This document shows positions 18,762 to 27,876 of a stretch of 64,000 bases of DNA, in pieces. Within the stretch, counting starts at the first letter, position 1. Each line of letters begins with the position of its first letter. Location: positions 1,248,001 through 1,312,000 of the forward strand of contig OZ220691.1 in NCBI GenBank assembly GCA_965116475.1, given 5' to 3'. Under the pieces are notes generated by a model. The model saw only the letters and a program-made list of their open reading frames with translations, did no database searches and was not told where the DNA came from. Both the position numbers and the translations under genes were made by a program. The DNA is from Gemmatimonadota bacterium (lineage in GTDB: Bacteria; Gemmatimonadota; Gemmatimonadetes; Palauibacterales; Palauibacteraceae).

Positions 18762-19763
18762 TCAGTCGGCCGCTCGCATGTGTGTCGCGAACGTGTCCAG
18801 ATCGATGTTCGAGCCGGAGAGGACGAGGCCGACGCGACGGCCTTCCAGCCTCTCCCGGAGGGGACCGCACGCGGCGGCCAGCGGAGCGGCGGACGCGGGT
18901 TCGGCGACCAGTTTCGCGTCGAGGAACAGCGCTTTAAGGGCGGCGCGGATCGCGTCGTCATCGACGAGCACGACGTCGTCCACGTAGCGCTGCACGAGTC
19001 CGAAGCTGTACGGGGCCGCGTGGGGGGCGCCGAGGCTGTCCGCGATGGTGTCGATGCGATCGAGCGCCACCGGCTCGCCCGCAGCGAGGCTGCGTCGCAT
19101 GGAGTCGGCGCCGACGGGCTCCACGCCGTAGACCCTGCACGCGGGCGCAAGCTGTTTCACGATGCTCGACGTGCCGGAGATGAGACCGCCGCCTCCGATG
19201 GGGACGACGAGCGCGTCGAGGTCGGGAAGCTGTTCCGCGACCTCGAGACCTACGGTCGACGTGCCGAGAACCGTCGCCTCCCCCTCGAACGGGTGGATCG
19301 CGAGCCGGCCCTCTTCCCGGGCAATCTCCTCCATGCGCGCAAAGCCGCTCGCCCCGTCTGCGGCGAACTCGATCTCCGCCCCGAAGTTCCGGCAGCGGGC
19401 GACGCGGGCCGGGTTGGCGGAGGAGAGCATGACGACCCTGGCGGTCGTGCCGCCGGCCCGAGCGGCGTAAGCCACGGAAATGGCATGGTTCCCGGCGCTC
19501 ACGGCCGTGACGCCCCGCCGCAGCGTCTCCGTCTCCGCGCAGAGCACGTTGTTCAGGGCGCCCCGGACCTTGTAGGAACCCGTGCGCTGGAAGAGTTCCA
19601 GCTTGAGAAAGAGCTCGACACCTTCGGGCAGGAAAGCGACGCCGCGGTCGGGAACCCAGCGCCTCACCGGCGTGCGTTCGATCCATTGCGCGACGCGCGC
19701 GCGTGTCTCCCGGCTCTGTGTCGGCGTCGGGGGCCGGGGGCTGGCGGCCGGAGGTTCGGTCAT
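18762..19763 (-). CDS. PLP-dependent threonine/serine dehydratase (or serine racemase) family, no ACT domain
   Basis: LKLELFQRTGSYKVRG, SAGNHA, PIGGGGL and SGSN. Confidence 0.88.
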   Translation of the reverse strand: MTEPPAASPRPPTPTQSRETRARVAQWIERTPVRRWVPDRGVAFLPEGVELFLKLELFQRTGSYKVRGALNNVLCAETETLRRGVTAVSAGNHAISVAYAARAGGTTARVVMLSSANPARVARCRNFGAEIEFAADGASGFARMEEIAREEGRLAIHPFEGEATVLGTSTVGLEVAEQLPDLDALVVPIGGGGLISGTSSIVKQLAPACRVYGVEPVGADSMRRSLAAGEPVALDRIDTIADSLGAPHAAPYSFGLVQRYVDDVVLVDDDAIRAALKALFLDAKLVAEPASAAPLAAACGPLRERLEGRRVGLVLSGSNIDLDTFATHMRAAD

Positions 19764-19840
19764 GGTTTCCCCGGGGTTGAGGTGGAGCTGGGCGCGGGCC
19801 GGCGCCGGTCGACGGCGCAGGGCCCCGCCGGGTCGCCGGC

Positions 19841-19869
19841 TTGACAAGCTAACGGCGCGATGCGATCCT
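19841..19869 (+). promoter_or_regulatory. Putative his operon promoter TTGACA-N17-GATCCT with TG upstream of the -10
   Basis: Perfect -35 at 19841; the -10-like hexamer ends 8 nt before the leader ATG. Confidence 0.55.
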
Positions 19870-19877
19870 CCGCGCCC

Positions 19878-19940
19878 ATGACGAACACCCATCCGTTTTT
19901 CGGCCATTATTGCTACCACCGCGTGCGCGGAGGCCGGTGA
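19878..19940 (+). CDS. hisL: his operon leader peptide MTNTHPFFGHYCYHRVRGGR
   Basis: 20-codon ORF with 3 His codons directly upstream of an antiterminator/terminator and hisG. Confidence 0.75.
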   Translation: MTNTHPFFGHYCYHRVRGGR

Positions 19941-19979
19941 TCGTCTAACTGTATCCCGAACACAGATTGCGAACGATCG

Positions 19980-20008
19980 AAGCCGGCCCGGGGTGGCCGG
20001 CTTTTTTT
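19980..20008 (+). terminator. Attenuator intrinsic terminator
   Basis: AAGCCGGCC-cggggt-GGCCGGCTT followed by a T run; its 5' arm can alternatively pair with GGCCGGTGATCGT (19932-19944). Confidence 0.85.
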
Positions 20009-20051
20009 GTCGCTGCCTCCCCTCCGGCCTCGGCCTTCCCGGGCCCAGGAC

Positions 20052-20918
20052 ATGAACCACAAAACGACAAGACTCGCCCTGCCCAAGGGGCGGATGCAGT
20101 CCGGCGTACTCGAACTGCTGACCGCCGCCGGCGTGCGCGTGGATCTCGGGGAGCGCCGCTACCGCCCGGTCATCTCGGTCCCCGGCTTCGGCGCCAAGCT
20201 GCTAAAGCCGCAGAACGTCGTGGAGATGCTGCATGCGGGATCCCGCGACCTGGGATTCGCGGGCGCCGACTGGGTGGCGGAACTGAACGGATCGCTGGTC
20301 GAACTGCTGGACACGGGGCTCGACCCGGTGCGCGTCGTGGCGGCCGCTCCGACGCAGATCGCCGGGGCGGGACTGCGCGCCGCCGGCCGTCGTCTCACCG
20401 TCGCGTCCGAATACGCGCGGCTTTCCGCGCGCTGGATCGACGAGCGGGGACTCGACGCGACGCTCGTGCGGTCGTACGGGGCGACGGAGGTGTTTCCGCC
20501 GGAGGACGCCGACGTGATCGTCGACAACACCGCGACGGGCGCGACGCTCGACGCCAACGGGCTTGAGATCGTCGACGAACTCATGGCCTCCTCGACCCGC
20601 CTCTACGCGAACCCGCGGGCGCTCGAGGACCCGCGGCACCGCGAGCGAATCGAGAACCTGGTCGTCGTGCTAAAGTCGGTCGTGGAAGCCCGTCAGCGGG
20701 TCATGCTGGAAGTCAACGTGGACGCGGCGCGGCTGGATGACCTGGTGGCCGTGCTCCCCTGCATGCGCAAGCCGACGGTTTCGCGCCTGCACGGTGAAGG
20801 GGGCTACGCCATCCGGGTCGCCGTGCTGCGCGAAGCCCTCCCGGGCCTGATCCCGCGCGTGAAGGCGCGGGGCGGGACCGATCTCGTCGTGACGACGCCG
20901 GGACAGATCGTCGCATGA
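20052..20918 (+). CDS. hisG: ATP phosphoribosyltransferase, long form
   Basis: LALPKGR, DLGFAGADW, SYGATE and DNTATGATL; C-terminal regulatory domain with PTVS. Confidence 0.93.
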   Translation: MNHKTTRLALPKGRMQSGVLELLTAAGVRVDLGERRYRPVISVPGFGAKLLKPQNVVEMLHAGSRDLGFAGADWVAELNGSLVELLDTGLDPVRVVAAAPTQIAGAGLRAAGRRLTVASEYARLSARWIDERGLDATLVRSYGATEVFPPEDADVIVDNTATGATLDANGLEIVDELMASSTRLYANPRALEDPRHRERIENLVVVLKSVVEARQRVMLEVNVDAARLDDLVAVLPCMRKPTVSRLHGEGGYAIRVAVLREALPGLIPRVKARGGTDLVVTTPGQIVA

Positions 20919-21931
20919 GCGGGATGGCGGTGGCCGCACCACCGGGCGAACGGCTCCGGCTCGATCACAACGAGCGCCTGTTTCCGGCGCCGGAACTCGT
21001 CCGTCTCCTCGCGCGCGTCCCGGCGAGCGCCCTGACGCGGTATCCGGAGACGGCCGCCCTGGAAGAGTCCCTCGGTGCGGTTTTGGGGCTGGACGCCGAC
21101 CGCGTCCTGGTCACGGCGGGGGCGGATGACGCGATCGACCGCGTGTGCCGCCGCTACCTGTCCGGCGGACGCGAGCTGATCACCGTGACCCCCACATTCG
21201 AGATGATCCCGGCTTTCGCGTCGCTCGCGGGCGGCCGCGTGCGGTCGATCCCCACGCTGAACGACCCCGCTCCCCTCGGACCCATACGCGACCGTATCGG
21301 GGGACGGACGGGGCTGGTCGCCGTGATCTCGCCGCACAACCCCACGGGAGAGGCGGTCCCGGCCGCGCGAATCCTCGAGATCGCCGACAGCCTGCCGGAC
21401 GGCGCGGCCCTGCTCGCGGATCTCGCCTACGTCGAGTTCGCCGACCGCGATCCGACGGCGGAACTGCTGGGGCGCGACAACGTCCTCGTCGCGCGGACGC
21501 TGTCCAAGGCCTGGGGCCTCGCGGGGCTTCGGGTGGGGTTCGTGCTGGGCCCGCCCTCGGCGATCGCGGACCTCCGCACCGGCGGTGCGCCCTTCCCTCT
21601 TGCGGCCCCCTCCATCTGGCTGGCGGAGCAGGCGCTGGCGTTGGGCGACCGGGTCACCTCGACGTACGTCGCCGCCGTGCGCCGCGAGCGCGAGAGGCTC
21701 GTCTCGGCGCTGCGCGCGGCGGGGGCGGAGCCCTTCGAGTCGCAGGCGAACTTCGTGCTCGCCTCCACCGACCGGGCCGCCGCCCTGTACCGCGGCTTTC
21801 GGCAGCGGGGCGTCGCGATCCGGCGCTTTCCGAACTTCCCGGACCTGGTCCGGATCACGCTTCCGGGGGACGAGGCGACGTTCCGCCTCCTCCTCCGGGT
21901 GCTCGACACGACGGTTGGACACTTCTCGTGA
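20915..21931 (+). CDS. hisC: Histidinol-phosphate aminotransferase
   Basis: RLDHNE, SPHNPTG, DLAYVEF, RTLSKAWGLAGLRVG and SQANF. Confidence 0.92.
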   Translation: MSGMAVAAPPGERLRLDHNERLFPAPELVRLLARVPASALTRYPETAALEESLGAVLGLDADRVLVTAGADDAIDRVCRRYLSGGRELITVTPTFEMIPAFASLAGGRVRSIPTLNDPAPLGPIRDRIGGRTGLVAVISPHNPTGEAVPAARILEIADSLPDGAALLADLAYVEFADRDPTAELLGRDNVLVARTLSKAWGLAGLRVGFVLGPPSAIADLRTGGAPFPLAAPSIWLAEQALALGDRVTSTYVAAVRRERERLVSALRAAGAEPFESQANFVLASTDRAAALYRGFRQRGVAIRRFPNFPDLVRITLPGDEATFRLLLRVLDTTVGHFS

Positions 21932-21942
21932 AGGGGATTCCC

Positions 21943-22647
21943 ATGAATGCGAATTCCGAAGACAGTCGCTCGGCCGGCGGACGGGTGGGAGAACGGTCCC
22001 GGCGGACGCTCGAGACCCGCATCGAAGCCGGGCTTGATCTGGACTGCCGCGGGCGCAGCCGCATCGACACGGGGCTCGCGTTTCTCGATCACATGATCGG
22101 CGCCTCGGTGTTTCACGCCGGCATGACGCTGGATCTGCGCGCGCAGGGCGACCTCGACATCGACGATCACCACACGGTGGAAGACTGCGGACTCGTGTTC
22201 GGGTCGGTCATCCGCGACGCACTCGGGGACCGGCAGGGGATTCGCCGCTTCGGGTACGCCTACGCGCCGCTCGACGAAGCGCTCGCCCGCGCGGTCGTCG
22301 ACCTCTCCGGGCGTCCCTTCGCCGAGGTGGACCTCGGCCTCCGGCGCGAGATGCTGGGGGCCGTGGCGACCGAGAACCTCAGCCATTTCTTCGCCTCGCT
22401 CGCGACGGCGGGAGGTCTCACGCTGCACGTCGATGTCATCCGCGGAGACAACGACCACCACAGGGCGGAAGCCGCCTTCAAGGCGTTCGGTCTCGCCCTC
22501 GCCGAAGCGGTAGCCGAACGCTCCGCGGCCGGAGTTCCGAGCACGAAAGGGGTGCTCGGATCGGGCGACGTGCCCGCAGGCGACGTGCCCGCAGGCGACA
22601 TGGAAGAGGACTCGGGGGCGGAGACCCTCGAGAGGGTGTCTCGATGA
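21943..22647 (+). CDS. hisB: Imidazoleglycerol-phosphate dehydratase (monofunctional)
   Basis: FLDHM, DDHHTVED, PLDEAL, NDHHRAEAAFKA and PSTKG. Confidence 0.95.
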   Translation: MNANSEDSRSAGGRVGERSRRTLETRIEAGLDLDCRGRSRIDTGLAFLDHMIGASVFHAGMTLDLRAQGDLDIDDHHTVEDCGLVFGSVIRDALGDRQGIRRFGYAYAPLDEALARAVVDLSGRPFAEVDLGLRREMLGAVATENLSHFFASLATAGGLTLHVDVIRGDNDHHRAEAAFKAFGLALAEAVAERSAAGVPSTKGVLGSGDVPAGDVPAGDMEEDSGAETLERVSR

Positions 22648-23327
22648 GCGCCGCGCGGGTGGCCACGGGCCCGGAAGACGTGGGGATCGTTCCGACCGGA
22701 GTGGCGAACCTGGAGGCGGTGGCGGCCGCCTTCCGGCGGTTGGGGAAGACCCCGCGGCTGCTGGACTCCGCCGCCGGAATATCGCGCGCCGACTACGTCG
22801 TCCTCCCCGGCGTGGGGTCTTTCGCCGGAGGCATGGCGGAGCTGCGCCGGCGCGGATGGGCGGAGGCCGTCTGCGGGCGCGTGGAGGAGGGACGGCCGAC
22901 GCTCGCCATCTGCCTCGGACTGCAGCTTCTGTGCGAGGAGAGCGAGGAAGCTCCGGGCACCGCCGGGCTTGGGTGTGTGCCGGGCCGCGTGGTCCGGCTG
23001 GCGGAGAGTTGCCGGGTTCCCCAGTTGGGCTGGAACCGCGTCGCGGCTCCGGGCGGGACCGCGTTCCTGCGGTCTTCTGTCGTCTACTTCGCCAACTCCT
23101 ACGGGCTCGAAGCGGGTCCCGCCGGCTGGACGGCCGCGATGGGACGGCACGGGAGCCGCTTCGTGGCGGGGCTGGAGCGCGGCGGCGTCCTCGCCTGCCA
23201 GTTCCACCCGGAGTTGTCGGGGAAGGTCGGCGCGGGCCTTCTGAAGCGATGGCTCGAAGAGTCGCCGGGCGCGGCGGAGGCGTTCGAACGGCGCGCGCAA
23301 TGGCCCACGCTCGCGGCGGCATGCTGA
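22644..23327 (+). CDS. hisH: Imidazole glycerol phosphate synthase glutaminase subunit
   Basis: LPGVGSF, ICLGLQLL, PQLGWN and QFHPE. Confidence 0.93.
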   Translation: MSAARVATGPEDVGIVPTGVANLEAVAAAFRRLGKTPRLLDSAAGISRADYVVLPGVGSFAGGMAELRRRGWAEAVCGRVEEGRPTLAICLGLQLLCEESEEAPGTAGLGCVPGRVVRLAESCRVPQLGWNRVAAPGGTAFLRSSVVYFANSYGLEAGPAGWTAAMGRHGSRFVAGLERGGVLACQFHPELSGKVGAGLLKRWLEESPGAAEAFERRAQWPTLAAAC

Positions 23328-24112
23328 ACGTTCGGGTCATTCCGTGCCTGGACGTGAGGGACGGCAGGGTCGTGAAGGGCGTCCGGTTCGACAACCTCGC
23401 GGATCAGGGCGACCCCGCCCGGCTCGCGCGACGCTACGAGCGCGAGGGGGCGGACGAACTCGTGATCCTCGATGTCTCGGCCACGGCGGAGGGAAGAGTG
23501 GCCCGGTTCGAAACGGTGGGCCGCGTGCGTGACGAGATTTCGATTCCGCTCACGGTCGGCGGCGGCGTGCGGACGGCGGAAGACGCGGGCGCCCTGCTGG
23601 AGGCGGGGGCGGACCGGGTCGCGGTGAACACGGCGGCGGTCGAGCGACCTGAACTCCTGTCGGAGATCGCGAGCCGTTTCGGCGCCCAGTGCGCGGTCCT
23701 GGCGCTGGACGCCGGCGCGGCGGCCGACGAGGGGGACGCCGGCGCGGCCAGCGGGGCGTGTCCGAGCGGCTTCGAGGTTCTGACCCACTCCGGAAGCCGA
23801 CGCACGGGCCTCGATGCCGCGGAGTGGGGCCGCCGCGCGGCGGAGCTGGGCGCGGGCGAGATCCTCCTCACGAGCTTCGACCGCGACGGCACGCGGAGCG
23901 GCTACGACCTGGCCCTGGTCGGCGTCATCCGCGAGGCCGTGCCGGTGCCGATCGTGGCTTCCGGCGGGGGAGCCCATGCGGGTCACATGTGCGCGGCGGT
24001 CGAGGCCGGCGCCGACGCGGTCCTGGCGGCGTCGATTTTCCATCAGGGCGACTGGTCGATCGGCCGACTCAAGGATCGACTGCAGCAGCTCGGCGTCGCG
24101 GTGCGTCGATGA
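23321..24112 (+). CDS. hisF: Imidazole glycerol phosphate synthase cyclase subunit
   Basis: RVIPCLDV, VVKGV, GADEL, TVGGG, GEILLTSFDRDGT and ASIFH. Confidence 0.95.
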   Translation: MLNVRVIPCLDVRDGRVVKGVRFDNLADQGDPARLARRYEREGADELVILDVSATAEGRVARFETVGRVRDEISIPLTVGGGVRTAEDAGALLEAGADRVAVNTAAVERPELLSEIASRFGAQCAVLALDAGAAADEGDAGAASGACPSGFEVLTHSGSRRTGLDAAEWGRRAAELGAGEILLTSFDRDGTRSGYDLALVGVIREAVPVPIVASGGGAHAGHMCAAVEAGADAVLAASIFHQGDWSIGRLKDRLQQLGVAVRR

Positions 24113-26760
24113 TCGTCCCATCCATCGACCTGATGGGCGGCCGGGCCGTGCAGCTTCGGCAGGGCTCGACGCTCGAAATCGACGCCGGCGACCCGCGGCC
24201 TCTCGCCGAACGGTTCGCCGTCGCGGGAGAAGTCGCGGTCATCGATCTCGACGCGGCGCTCGGCCGCGGAGACAACGCCGCCGTCATCCGGGAACTGCTC
24301 CGGCTCGCCCCGTGTCGGGTGGGAGGCGGCATCCGGTCCCGCGAGGCGGCGCTCGACTGGCTCGACGCGGGAGCGCGGCGCGTGATCCTGGGCACGGCGG
24401 CGAATCCCGACATCCTGAGCGGACTCCCTGCGGAACGGGTGATCGCGGCGCTCGACGCGCGCGATGGCGAGGTCGTCGTGGAGGGCTGGCAACGCGGGAC
24501 GGGCCGTGACGTCCTCGGGCGGATGGCGGAACTCGACGGCCTCGCGGGCGGCTACCTGGTCACCTTCGTGGAGGTCGAAGGGACGCTGGAGGGGATCCCG
24601 CTGGATCGCGTCGCCGCCCTCGTCGCGGCCGCGGGATCCGCGCGGGTGACGGTGGCGGGAGGTGTCCGCGAGGTGTCGGAGATCGCGGCGCTGGACCGGA
24701 TGGGCGCCGACGCGCAGGTGGGGATGGCGATCTACAGCGGGCGCATGGACCTCGCCGACGCCTTCTCCGCTCCGCTGCGGTCCGACCGGGCCGACGGGTT
24801 GTGGGCGACGCTGGTCGAGGACACGGCCGGTCGCGCGCTCGGGCTCGCGTGGTCGAGCGCGGAGAGCCTCCGCACCGCCGTCAGTGAACGGCGCGGCGTC
24901 TACCAGAGCCGCTCGCGGGGACTCTGGAGGAAGGGCGAGACCTCCGGCGCCACGCAGGAACTCGTCCGCGTGGCGGCGGACTGCGACCGCGACACGCTGC
25001 GCTTCACGGTGCGGCAGCACGGGACCGGCTTCTGCCACACCGGCGCCGCGACGTGTTTCGACGCCGCGCCGTCGCGGATGTCGGCGGCGCTGCCGTCCCT
25101 GTCGGGCATGGGACTGTCCGACCTTGAAACCCGCCTCCGCGATCGGCTCGCCGACGCGGAGGCGGGCTCGCTGACCGCGCGGCTCGCGGGGGACCCCGAA
25201 CTGCTGCGGGGGAAACTCGTCGAGGAAGCGCAGGAACTGGCGGAAGCCGGATCGAAGGCGGAAGCGGTGGCGGAGTTCGCGGACCTGCACTACTTCGCCC
25301 TAACGCGGCTCGTGAACGCCGGCGGCTCACTCGAAGACGTACGCCGCGAACTCGAGCGGCGCGCCCTCAAGGTGCGCCGACGGGCCCCGCGGCTGCCGGG
25401 AGGGCAGACGGGGCGGGCGGCGGCGCCCGCTCCGGCCGCGGCGGGCGCCGCGGGCGCGGTCCTGCCGCCGATCGGCCTCGAGGAGGCCGTGCGGGCGGTG
25501 CGCTCGCCGGCGCTCGATCCCGCGGCCCTCGAGGTCGCGCGGACGATCCTCGACGATGTCGAGCGGCGGGGAGAGCCGGCGCTCCGCGAGCACGCCGAGC
25601 GGCTGGGCGACATCGAGCCGGACGACGACCTACTCCTCGACCGGGCGGCTCTCAAGCGCGCGGCAGAGGCACTGCACGCCGACGACCGCGCGTTGCTGCG
25701 CCGCGTGGCCGACCGGATCCGCGCGTTCGCGGAGGCCCAGCGGGCATCCGCGGATGACCTCGACACGCCGGTCGCCGGCGGCCGCGGCGGCCATCGCCTC
25801 GTACCCGTCGGAGCGGCCGGCTGCTACGCGCCCGGGGGGCGCTTCCCCCTCCCATCCTCGGTGCTCATGACCGCCATTCCGGCGCGGGTGGCGGGCGTGG
25901 CCGGCGTCTGGGCGGCATCGCCGCGCCCGACCGCGGCGGTCCAGGCCGCGGCGTTCATGGCGGGGGCGGACGGCCTGCTCGCCATCGGCGGCGCGCAGGC
26001 GATCGGCGCGCTCGCCTTCGGCGTCGGCGGCGTCTCCCGCTGCGAGAAGATCGTGGGGCCGGGCAACCGGTTCGTCACCGGGGCCAAGCGCCTCCTCTAC
26101 GGCCGGGTAGGCCTCGACACCATCGCCGGCCCGTCCGAGTTGCTCGTCGTCGCCTCGCCGGATGCGTCACCGACGCGCGTCGCGGCCGACCTGCTCGCCC
26201 AGGCCGAGCACGACCCCGACGCCGTCCCGCTTCTGTGCGTCTTCGACGAAGCGACCGTCGAGGCCGTCCGCGAAGAGGCCGGGCGGCAGTTGGCCGCGCT
26301 CCCGACCGCGCCGATCGCGCGTCAGGCCCTGGCGGCCGGCGGCACCCTCCTCGCGGCCAGCCCCGACGAGGCCGCCGCCATCTGCGACGCGTTGGCGCCG
26401 GAGCACCTGCACCTGCACGGGGAGCGGGCCGAGGCCCTCGCCCCCCGCGTCCACCGCTACGGATCGCTCTTCCTGGGCGCGGCCACGCCCGAGGCGGCGG
26501 GCGACTACGGAGCGGGACCGAACCACACGCTGCCCACATCGGGCGCGGCGGCGTTCGACGCGGGACTCTCGGTGTTTTCGTTCCTGCGCCGACCGACGTG
26601 GCTGTCGCTGTCGTCCGACGAGGACGGTTACGAGGAGCTGCTGCGCGACACCGCCGCGCTCGCCCGGCTGGAGGGACTGGAAGCCCACGCGCTTTCAGCG
26701 GAACTGCGGCTCACGGTAGCGGCCCGGGAGGGTCCCGGTCGGACGGCCCGCGCTTCGTGA
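24109..26760 (+). CDS. Fused HisA-HisI-HisE-HisD multifunctional histidine biosynthesis protein (883 aa)
   Basis: HisA: PSIDL, VGGGIR. HisI: SRSRGLWRKGETSG, DCDRD, CHTGxxTCF. HisE: KLVEEAxE, ADL. HisD: YAPGGRFPLPSS, VGPGN, AGPSE, QAEHD, APEH, GDYxxGPNHTLPT, EGLEAH. One open frame. Confidence 0.9.
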   Translation: MIVPSIDLMGGRAVQLRQGSTLEIDAGDPRPLAERFAVAGEVAVIDLDAALGRGDNAAVIRELLRLAPCRVGGGIRSREAALDWLDAGARRVILGTAANPDILSGLPAERVIAALDARDGEVVVEGWQRGTGRDVLGRMAELDGLAGGYLVTFVEVEGTLEGIPLDRVAALVAAAGSARVTVAGGVREVSEIAALDRMGADAQVGMAIYSGRMDLADAFSAPLRSDRADGLWATLVEDTAGRALGLAWSSAESLRTAVSERRGVYQSRSRGLWRKGETSGATQELVRVAADCDRDTLRFTVRQHGTGFCHTGAATCFDAAPSRMSAALPSLSGMGLSDLETRLRDRLADAEAGSLTARLAGDPELLRGKLVEEAQELAEAGSKAEAVAEFADLHYFALTRLVNAGGSLEDVRRELERRALKVRRRAPRLPGGQTGRAAAPAPAAAGAAGAVLPPIGLEEAVRAVRSPALDPAALEVARTILDDVERRGEPALREHAERLGDIEPDDDLLLDRAALKRAAEALHADDRALLRRVADRIRAFAEAQRASADDLDTPVAGGRGGHRLVPVGAAGCYAPGGRFPLPSSVLMTAIPARVAGVAGVWAASPRPTAAVQAAAFMAGADGLLAIGGAQAIGALAFGVGGVSRCEKIVGPGNRFVTGAKRLLYGRVGLDTIAGPSELLVVASPDASPTRVAADLLAQAEHDPDAVPLLCVFDEATVEAVREEAGRQLAALPTAPIARQALAAGGTLLAASPDEAAAICDALAPEHLHLHGERAEALAPRVHRYGSLFLGAATPEAAGDYGAGPNHTLPTSGAAAFDAGLSVFSFLRRPTWLSLSSDEDGYEELLRDTAALARLEGLEAHALSAELRLTVAAREGPGRTARAS

Positions 26761-27160
26761 GGTGGTCGAGGGCACGGTCCACGGCGTCCTTCGTCGAGGC
26801 CGTCATCCCGCCCCGCTCGTACTCCTGCACCGCCAGCCGCTCCAGGCGGTCGACGAGCGCATCGACGCCGGGCCGCGGGGACGACGGCAGGGCGCGGACG
26901 TGATCCGTGGCGCCGAAGAGGTTGATCCAGTACTCCGTCCGGCGCCCCCACTCCAGCAACCCGTAGAACTGCCGGCCCGCCCGGGGCCCGACGCCGAGCA
27001 CATCGAGCAGGGCGACGAAGAGCGAGATCGGCAGCAGCAACGCATCCCTCAGGCCATCGAGAATGAGCTTCAGCTGAAAGACGGCCACGTCGCGGATGAG
27101 CGTCCAGCGCGAGGGCACGATTTCGGGATGCAGGGTTGCTCTGGCCGGAAACTCGTTCAT
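26711..27160 (-). CDS. Conserved hypothetical membrane-associated protein
   Basis: RDxxVFQLKLxxDGLRDxxLxP and WINLFG motifs; GC3-biased codons; convergent overlap with the end of the his fusion gene. Confidence 0.65.
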   Translation of the reverse strand: MNEFPARATLHPEIVPSRWTLIRDVAVFQLKLILDGLRDALLLPISLFVALLDVLGVGPRAGRQFYGLLEWGRRTEYWINLFGATDHVRALPSSPRPGVDALVDRLERLAVQEYERGGMTASTKDAVDRALDHLTKRGPSDRDPPGPLP

Positions 27161-27273
27161 CCTGTGTCTCGATTCCTTGATCCGCAAAATAAACTCCGCG
27201 GCTTCGTGTAACCCTCACGTAGCACACAGCCACCACAGATCTACGCCGGTGCCCGCGACCATGGGAGCCATCA

Positions 27274-27876
27274 TTGAACAGCTCGGAGGCAACCGACCGC
27301 ATGCTCGTTCTTCGCGCGCAGGACGGCGAGCGTGCGGCCTTCGGCGAACTCGTCACGCGATACATGCAACGTGCCTACTATACCGCGCTCGGCCTCGTCG
27401 GGAACCACGACGATGCGCTGGACCTCTCCCAGGAGGCCTTCGCCAGGGCGTTCCGCGCCCGCGCCAGGATCGACCCCGAACGTCCCTTCTTCCCCTGGCT
27501 GTACCAGATCATCCGACGACTCTGTTTCAACCATACGCGGGACCAGCGCTTGCACCGCCTGAAACTCGAGACGGCGGGCAGCTGGCTCACGGACACGACG
27601 ATGGGGCGGCGCCCGCTCAGCCCCGATCAGGCGGTGTTGCGTTCCGAGTTGCGCGAACAAGTCGGCGCGGCCATCGAACGTCTGCCGGAGCGGGAGCGGG
27701 AGACTCTCGTCCTGCGAGAGTTCGAGGAACTGCGTTACCGGGAGATCGCCGAGTTGCTGGGCATCCCCATCGGCACGGTGATGTCGCGCCTCTATCGGGC
27801 GCGGCGGTCTCTCGCACGCGAGATGGAGGCGGCGGGAACACGCCCCGACCAGGGGGGAGGTGCCGGCGATGAGTGA
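27274..27876 (+). CDS. ECF-family RNA polymerase sigma factor
   Basis: DALDLSQEAF and FxxWLYQI; region 4 YREIAELLGIPIGTVMSRLYRAR. Confidence 0.93.
   Translation: MNSSEATDRMLVLRAQDGERAAFGELVTRYMQRAYYTALGLVGNHDDALDLSQEAFARAFRARARIDPERPFFPWLYQIIRRLCFNHTRDQRLHRLKLETAGSWLTDTTMGRRPLSPDQAVLRSELREQVGAAIERLPERERETLVLREFEELRYREIAELLGIPIGTVMSRLYRARRSLAREMEAAGTRPDQGGGAGDE

Noticed and set aside
23689..24108. N-terminal extension of the 1023-aa his fusion ORF
   Set aside because: Overlaps hisF out of frame; HisA homology starts at ATG 24109 (ATGA coupling)
27205..27245. ECF autoregulatory promoter (TGTAACC...)
   Set aside because: A -35-like element is present but there is no convincing -10 at the right spacing
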